Assembly: GCA_964410485.1 (NCBI GenBank)
Contig: CAYPHJ010000002.1
Coordinates: forward strand, 1,311 to 65,310
Origin: an uncultured Syntrophobacteraceae bacterium
GTDB lineage: Bacteria > Desulfobacterota > Binatia > UBA9968
Direction: 5' to 3'
DNA length: 64,000 bases
This document shows positions 58,687-64,000 of this stretch, one piece after another. The stretch's first letter is position 1; the number at the start of each line of letters is the position of its first letter. The translations under genes and the position numbers were made by a program. The notes under the pieces were generated by a model that worked only from the letters and a program-made list of their open reading frames with translations, was not told the DNA's origin and ran no database searches.

Positions 58687-59466
58687 ATGAATCGTGACCA
58701 ATTCTGTGATGCGCTCCTGGGGATAATGGAACGTAAGGATCATTGGGCCTGGCCGGCTTTTACTTCAGGGAGAGTTCCCAAAGATCGTCTTCAGGTTCAT
58801 TTCGAGCAGGAATATGCCACGTACGTGCGTGATTTTCCTATCATGGTCGGCTGGGCATACGTTCAATGTCCTATACCGGAGGTCCGGCGCAGTTTGGCTG
58901 AAAATCTTTACGAGGAAGAGACCGGTGGTCTGGTCGCGGGCAAGCCCCATCCCCAGCTGTTTCTCGAGTACCCGCGCGGCTTGAATATGGATCTGGACCG
59001 ATTTGCCCACGTCCAATTGATTCCTGCCGCCAGACGTTATCGTGCTTTTCTCGACGATGCCACGCAACGGCGTGGATGGGAAGTCGCTGCGGCAGTGGTT
59101 ACGATTTTCGTCGAAGGAACAAAGGATGAACGGGCGGTAATCGAACCGACCGCACAGAAACCCGCTGTGTGCCAACTCGAAGAACATCCGTTGGTCAAGC
59201 ACTACGGTATGCCTATTGAGTATCTGGCTCTCACCAAAGCTCATCGCGCAGTTGAAGGTCATCATCGCGCCGCCGCCTGGAACGGGGTTTTAGATCACGT
59301 GCCAGAAACCAGAAGACTAGCGGTTGTCAGCGCGATGAGCGATGCCTTACATCTATGGTTGGCCTATCGCGACGCAGTTGCCGTACTCTGCGGGGTCAGG
59401 CGTAACGGGAAAAAGTCGGATCCCTGCCGTTCAGTTTTTCAAGTCAAAAGCGAACTCGATCCGTAG
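58687..59466 (+). CDS. Heme-oxygenase-like diiron (HDO; TenA/PqqC/CADD-like) protein
   Basis: 259 aa. The helical ligand pattern is 'ENLYEEETGG...HPQLF', 'IFVEG' and 'AHRAVEGHH'. Confidence 0.65.
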   Translation: MNRDQFCDALLGIMERKDHWAWPAFTSGRVPKDRLQVHFEQEYATYVRDFPIMVGWAYVQCPIPEVRRSLAENLYEEETGGLVAGKPHPQLFLEYPRGLNMDLDRFAHVQLIPAARRYRAFLDDATQRRGWEVAAAVVTIFVEGTKDERAVIEPTAQKPAVCQLEEHPLVKHYGMPIEYLALTKAHRAVEGHHRAAAWNGVLDHVPETRRLAVVSAMSDALHLWLAYRDAVAVLCGVRRNGKKSDPCRSVFQVKSELDP

Positions 59467-59734
59467 ATCTTCTATCCCTTGACATCTTCGCGCCGGGGAA
59501 ATTTCTCAGGTTGCATCTCCACAGATGGACAGCAGCCATGGCGAAATTACTTCGGTTTCAAAAGTCAAATTGACACAAGACCAGGGTAAACCTCCCCGCC
59601 TGATGCCGGCGCTTTCTCAAGTTACCTGGCGTAGTTCCTGGTTTAGAGGCGAAACTTGGAAGGCGGAACTACGCGCGGTGCGCGCTCTGTAACATTTGCC
59701 AGGTCGCCGCGTCCAATGAGGCAAGGAGGTTCTT

Positions 59735-60079
59735 ATGATGGCCAGAAAAAAACTCATCACTTGTCTTGGTATCGTCGCTTTCTCGGTAGTTGCGATCGGC
59801 GAGGCGAGCGCCGATTCACGAGGCCTGTCGCGCCCGGAACTGCGCAGCGAGCGGCGTGAAATACTGAACAGGCGAGCCGAGATCCGAAGAGATATTCACG
59901 TTCTAAACAGGAGGACACAGGATCTCAGGCGAGATCTTCGGCCTACGCCGCCGCGACAGACATACATTCCGAGACATTCTTATCGCGGTTACCATCGTGA
60001 CCATCGCGGGATCGGCTGGTACGGTCATCCCAACGGTCGCTGGTACCGTTACCCGCCTCGCTATGGCTGGTGGCGATAG
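59735..60079 (+). CDS. Secreted small protein with Arg-rich helix and R/Y/W/G/H-rich C-terminus
   Basis: It has an AGGAGG RBS and the signal peptide 'KKLITCLGIVAFSVVAIGEASA'. The tail reads 'RHSYRGYHRDHRGIGWYGHPNGRWYRYPPRYGWWR'. Confidence 0.65.
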   Translation: MMARKKLITCLGIVAFSVVAIGEASADSRGLSRPELRSERREILNRRAEIRRDIHVLNRRTQDLRRDLRPTPPRQTYIPRHSYRGYHRDHRGIGWYGHPNGRWYRYPPRYGWWR

Positions 60080-60100
60080 AGCCTCAAAAACTTGACCTCT

Positions 60101-60222
60101 GTCCTCCCCCGCGCGCCCTTCGATACGCCGCGCAGACGGCGGCTACTCAGGGCGGCCGGTTTCCCGAGTAGGCCCTGAGTAGCTTGCGTAGCGAAGGGCC
60201 GTAGCGAGGGACGGGGGAAGGA
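60101..60222. repeat. Long imperfect palindromic element (about 120 nt)
   Basis: The pairings are CTACTCAGGGC (60143..60153) with GCCCTGAGTAG (60172..60182), CCCTTCG with CGAAGGG, and TCCTCCCCCG with CGGGGGAAGGA. Confidence 0.75.
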
Positions 60223-60307
60223 TGAAAGAAGGGAATCTGAGATAAGAGGCGCCTTCCGAGTCCGACTTGACTCGTACCTGACGCAGTTTTATAAGCGGTT
60301 TAGGTCG

Positions 60308-60796
60308 ATGGCAATCCCCGGACGGTACAATTCAGGTTACAACATTGGTGTTGGAGGCGCGGTGCTTCATCAGGGCAAGCTTCTGATGGTGCGGCGTGCT
60401 TCGCGACACGGTCGAGGCAACTGGCAGTTGCCAGGCGGTTTTATTGAACCCGACGAAACCATAGAACAAGCGGTGGTACGCGAGGTCTTGGAAGAAGCAG
60501 GCGTGACAGCGGAAGTGGAAGGTGTCTTGGGTCTCCGCAATCGCTACGATCCGGATTCGGGAAACGGCATCTACATTATTTTACTCTTGCACGCCGTGCG
60601 TGGTGAGCCCAAGCCGGATGGCAATGAAGTCGATCATGCCGGGTATTTTTCGCTCGATCAAATCCAAGAGCTCAGCCCATTGCCACCGGTCAATTGGGAA
60701 ATCGCGCAGCGAGTGCTCTCGCCCGACCGCCGGCTTCTGCATCCCAAGCCGCTGACAAATCTCAACGGCGCGCGATTCATGCTGTTTGTCGGCTAA
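60308..60796 (+). CDS. NUDIX hydrolase
   Basis: 162 aa with the Nudix box 'GGFIEPDETIEQAVVREVLEEAGV'. Confidence 0.9.
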   Translation: MAIPGRYNSGYNIGVGGAVLHQGKLLMVRRASRHGRGNWQLPGGFIEPDETIEQAVVREVLEEAGVTAEVEGVLGLRNRYDPDSGNGIYIILLLHAVRGEPKPDGNEVDHAGYFSLDQIQELSPLPPVNWEIAQRVLSPDRRLLHPKPLTNLNGARFMLFVG

Positions 60797-60814
60797 TCGT
60801 CGCCGCTAGGCGGC

Positions 60815-60889
60815 GGTTCAAAAGTTCAAATGTTCAAAGTTCAAGCTGGCGAGGGAACCTTGAACTTTTGAACCCTGGAACATTTGAAC
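60815..60889. repeat. Unit-array hairpin, GTTCAAG family (copy C3)
   Basis: GGTTCAAAA GTTCAAAT GTTCAAA GTTCAAG, a loop, then CTTGAAC TTTTGAAC CCTGGAAC ATTTGAAC. Confidence 0.9.
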
Positions 60890-60905
60890 GTGAAGCGAAG
60901 CGAGC

Positions 60906-61838
60906 CTACACCGGTGTCTTCCACAAATGGCTGAACTGTGTGGCGATCACCTGCTCGTAGGCGACGGGCGCTGCCAGTAATCCGGTCTGTTGAGCAAAGC
61001 GATTCATATTCGCGACCACTTCTTCGGAGATCGTCGGTTCATAATAAGGAAGATCGCGCCGGATTAATTCGGCAATAAGAGCCGCTTCGGATTCTGGAAA
61101 ACGTTTCTTGCCCACTTCGGTTGCACGGTTCACGTCTTCCCGCAGGGCTTTGTGCGCTCTCATGATGGCGCGGATTGCAGCAGCGGCGCTCTCGGTGTGT
61201 TTCTCGATTGTGTGATCCGTGGCGACGAGAGCGGGAAACGTGTAATGCCGGGCCGCTGGGGGTCCGTCGCCGCGGCGGACGTCCAAGACCATTGTTCCAA
61301 CGCCGCGCCGCGCTGCAACTTCGCATCCCATGCCGTTGGCCCAAAATCCATCGAGCTTATCTTCTTCAAGGGCCTTGGCTGCGGAAAGTCCAAAAGACAC
61401 ATTCGCACCCGTTGCGCCTGGTATTGGCATGATCCGAACATTATTTTTCACCGGATCGATGCCCGCCTCAATCAGTAGCTGCCTGAGACTCAGGTCGACC
61501 CCCGGTGCCGCTCCTATGCGCAAGCCTTTGACAACGCGCAGGTCACCGCGAGATGGCTTGAGATCACTTCGAATCACGAGAAACCAATAGGTGTGCTGGG
61601 CGACAGCGGAAAGCAGCTTGGCTCCTTTCCAGTCGGGAAATGCCAACAGCGTGGCGTGCGCTGAGCCGACGACGAAGTCGAGTTGTCCGTCCCGCAGAGC
61701 CTCATATGTCTTCGGAATAGGAAACAGCAGGTCAACGCTGGCGTCGAACCCTTCAGCTTTGAAAAATCCGAGCTCGACAGCGGCAATAACAGGGAAATAG
61801 GAGTTGGACACGAGATCGGGAACGGCAATGCGGATCAT
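60906..61838 (-). CDS. NMT1/SsuA-like periplasmic-binding-fold protein (ABC substrate-binding type, no obvious signal peptide)
   Basis: The start is re-set to 'MIRIAVPDLVSNSYFPV' (ATG at 61838, GAGGAG RBS). This is the typical NMT1/THI5-like N-terminus. Confidence 0.75.
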   Translation of the reverse strand: MIRIAVPDLVSNSYFPVIAAVELGFFKAEGFDASVDLLFPIPKTYEALRDGQLDFVVGSAHATLLAFPDWKGAKLLSAVAQHTYWFLVIRSDLKPSRGDLRVVKGLRIGAAPGVDLSLRQLLIEAGIDPVKNNVRIMPIPGATGANVSFGLSAAKALEEDKLDGFWANGMGCEVAARRGVGTMVLDVRRGDGPPAARHYTFPALVATDHTIEKHTESAAAAIRAIMRAHKALREDVNRATEVGKKRFPESEAALIAELIRRDLPYYEPTISEEVVANMNRFAQQTGLLAAPVAYEQVIATQFSHLWKTPV

Positions 61839-61967
61839 GCGGAACTGCTCCTCGCAGCCTTTGGCTGCACCAACGCCATGGTAGGCGATTCGTTTATTTC
61901 TGACAGTTGTGCTCGCGACAGAAATAACCAAAAGATTTGGAACGGCTTGAACGCTTAACCTGGATGA

Positions 61968-62390
61968 TTAGATCTTAAACTTCAGTCCCGCGGCTTCAAT
62001 GCCGGCAACCACGCAGGTTTCATCTTCATCTGATGTGCCGCCACTGGCTCCCGCAGCGCCAATAATTGACTCACCGTCCATGATCAACACGCCACCTGCC
62101 ACCGGTACCACCCGTCCCCCAGACATATCCGACAACGCACCCAAAAAAGCCGTCCGGTCTTTTAATCGCTCGCCAAGGGCGCGGCTTGACTCGCCCATTC
62201 CGATGGCGCCCCACGCTTTGCCGATAGCGATATGCGGCCGTAAGACGCTGGCCCCGTCTTCGCGCTTAAGCGCCCTCAGATGCCCGCCGTCATCCAGCAC
62301 GGCGACGCAGAGCGGCCGTATTTTCATCTGGCGCGCCTTCGCTAGTGCCTGATCGACCACGATAGAGGCTTGTTCCAGGGTCAGTTTCAT
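61968..62390 (-). CDS. GlcG/HbpS-family (DUF336) heme-binding protein
   Basis: The start is re-set to the ATG at 62390 (GGAGGGG RBS). The signature is 'GGVLIMDGESIIGAAGASGGTSDEDE'. Confidence 0.8.
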   Translation of the reverse strand: MKLTLEQASIVVDQALAKARQMKIRPLCVAVLDDGGHLRALKREDGASVLRPHIAIGKAWGAIGMGESSRALGERLKDRTAFLGALSDMSGGRVVPVAGGVLIMDGESIIGAAGASGGTSDEDETCVVAGIEAAGLKFKI

Positions 62391-62438
62391 AGTCCCCTCC
62401 AATGCAACTGCGAGATCGCTCGGCAATTCCTCCCGACG

Positions 62439-63080
62439 TTACAGCTTGAATTGGCGTCTGTCCATCGCTTGGCGCCATTTGCTGGTCGCTTCTTTGCCAA
62501 ATATCAACGCTTGGTCCGCGCCGACAACAAACCAGGCATTGCCCTTTAGTTCTGTCTCGAGTTGACCCGGCGCCCATCCGGCATAGCCAAACATGAATAG
62601 CCATTGGCTTGGGCCTTTGCCATGCGCGAGATCTTGGACGAGTCTTGAATCGGACGTAACCGCAATCCCGTCTTTAATCCTGGTCGAGCTGTCGAGTAAA
62701 ATATCGTCGGTATGGAGAATAAAGCCGTCCCCCGGATTCAGCGGGCCGCCGTAGTGAACGACGATTTCGCCTTTCGCTCCTTCGCTGTCTGCGCCGAAAC
62801 TTTTTAACAGATCTTCGATCGGACCCTTTGCCAGCGGCCGATTGATTACCAAGCCCAGTGTTCCCGAATTGTCATGCTTGACGATGTAAATTACCGCTTC
62901 AGTAAAGCGGGGATCGCGCATATCGGGCGATGCCACCAGCAAGTGGCCTGTGAGAGTATCGGTTTGACCGGCGGAGTTGCTGTGAAGGCTACCAAGGAGT
63001 AATGCCAGCAATAGAATACTACCGGCAACAGCGCTGCGCATCTTCGCGCGGCGGAAAAAATTCGACAACGTCTCTTTCAT
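62439..63080 (-). CDS. YqgE/AlgH-family protein with apparent N-terminal signal peptide
   Basis: It has 'LLVASPDMRDPRFTEAVIYIVKHD', 'GLVINRP', 'YGGPL' and 'GYAGWAPGQLE'. The start is the ATG at 63080 (or 63041). The ORF-track start at 63335 is over-extended. Confidence 0.8.
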   Translation of the reverse strand: MKETLSNFFRRAKMRSAVAGSILLLALLLGSLHSNSAGQTDTLTGHLLVASPDMRDPRFTEAVIYIVKHDNSGTLGLVINRPLAKGPIEDLLKSFGADSEGAKGEIVVHYGGPLNPGDGFILHTDDILLDSSTRIKDGIAVTSDSRLVQDLAHGKGPSQWLFMFGYAGWAPGQLETELKGNAWFVVGADQALIFGKEATSKWRQAMDRRQFKL

Positions 63081-63258
63081 ATCAGGGCAAAGGTAGAATA
63101 GTCGCCAAATTGATGCAAGGCCCACTCGTCTCCCGCTCGATTTTTGCGCGCTTGACCATGAGCATGCATCTCCTATAAAAGCTCGTAGTAGGTGCGGGAA
63201 TGACAGACTTCTTGAATATCGGCTTGTATATGATGTTGCGGGCCGAAGGTTTTGTGCC

Positions 63259-63942
63259 ATGACCAATCGGTCTGTGAAATTGCCTGAGATTTTACCGGTA
63301 TTCCCGTTGACGGGTGTCCTGCTTTTCCCCGGCATGACGTTGCCGCTGCATATTTTTGAGGCGCGCTATCGCCATATGGTCGAGGATGCTCTCGAGGGTG
63401 ACAAGATCTTCGGCATGATTCAGCCATTCGTGCCGCGGCAGGATAATCGGCCGTTGCCTGGGGCCGAAAAGGAAGCGCCAGAACTCTACAAAATCGGCTG
63501 CGCTGGGTATATCGACAGCTGGGAAAAGTCTGCGGATGGACGGTTTTTCATTCAATTGAAAGGAGTCAAGCGCTTCCGCTTTGAGGAGGAGTTACCGCTT
63601 TATCGAGGTTACCGGCGTGTCAAGCCGATCTACGAAGGATTCGCCGACGACACAGAAGCCTCGGGTTGGCATTGCGAGCGGACAGCGGTTTTAACCGCGC
63701 TCACACAGTACGGTAAAGCTCACGGCATGGAGGTCAAGCCCGAACAGGCGGAAAGATTCACCGATGTCGAGCTGGTGAATCTTCTGGGCGCATCCTTGCC
63801 GTTTCACCCGGCTGAGAAACAAGCCTTACTGGAAGCACCGACTCTGAAGCAGCGGGAGATGATACTTATCGATCTACTACGTCTCGGCACGAGTTCGCCG
63901 GATCCTTCCGACCCAGAGACCAAGCCACGCACGCTGAACTAA
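63259..63942 (+). CDS. LON N-terminal substrate-binding domain protein
   Basis: 227 aa. 'LPVFPLTGVLLFPGMTLPLHIFEARYRHMV' is the LON_substr_bdg signature. Confidence 0.85.
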   Translation: MTNRSVKLPEILPVFPLTGVLLFPGMTLPLHIFEARYRHMVEDALEGDKIFGMIQPFVPRQDNRPLPGAEKEAPELYKIGCAGYIDSWEKSADGRFFIQLKGVKRFRFEEELPLYRGYRRVKPIYEGFADDTEASGWHCERTAVLTALTQYGKAHGMEVKPEQAERFTDVELVNLLGASLPFHPAEKQALLEAPTLKQREMILIDLLRLGTSSPDPSDPETKPRTLN

Positions 63943-64000
63943 AGGCAGAGAATAACCGCAAAGTAACTCATGTACCAAACGTACAACACAGCGGATGAAA

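Noticed and set aside
59629-59685. Hairpins GCGTAGTTCC..GGAACTACGC and GCGCG-GTG-CGCGC in the 5' region of the Arg-rich peptide gene, as a possible riboswitch.
   Set aside because: They are too short and match no riboswitch core that I recognise. They are mentioned only as context in the corresponding finding.

Overview
This 64-kb segment looks like core chromosome from a moderately GC-rich bacterium. The gene content and the type of intergenic repeats resemble uncultured soil or sediment lineages (Rokubacteria/NC10/Deltaproteobacteria-like MAGs), but that is inference only. In order, the window holds: tRNA-Leu(CAG); a receiver-like ORF; valS-nadC-birA-coaX; a divergent EF-G paralogue with a Zn-ribbon ORF, two amidohydrolases and ggt; an LLM oxidoreductase; phhB; a TTT/Bug binding protein; a BNR protein; and a complete System I cytochrome c maturation operon on the minus strand (ccmA-B-C-D-E-F-G-H/I; ccmD is missing from the ORF track). 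Next come icd-mdh-sucC-sucD-ndk-rlmN-mtnP-pfkB; ugd-uxs-epimerase-lepA-lepB; two small membrane ORFs; a full-length Lhr helicase with an MBL hydrolase; an orphan XDH-family Mo subunit; and dgkA. A minus-strand block follows (2-hydroxyacid DH, RidA-like, S1 protease, two Asp/Glu-racemase-like paralogues, ParB-like, MFS), then gor, a heme-oxygenase-like diiron protein, a secreted Arg-rich peptide, NUDIX, an SBP, GlcG, AlgH and a LON-N protein. I found no CRISPR array, transposase, integrase, rRNA, or recognisable defence or toxin-antitoxin module, so I cannot name a gene-encoded novel system here. The unusual layer is non-coding. The window carries many small structured repeats: hairpins whose arms are tandem 6-9-nt units, and several MITE-like families with inverted termini. 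They sit at nearly every operon junction, bracket single genes, and in at least one case (rlmN), probably a second (lhr) and possibly a third (the XDH-family tail) lie in-frame inside conserved coding sequence. Several ORF-track starts are N-terminally over-extended into these repeats and are corrected below. All calls rest on motif reading by eye; no searches were run.
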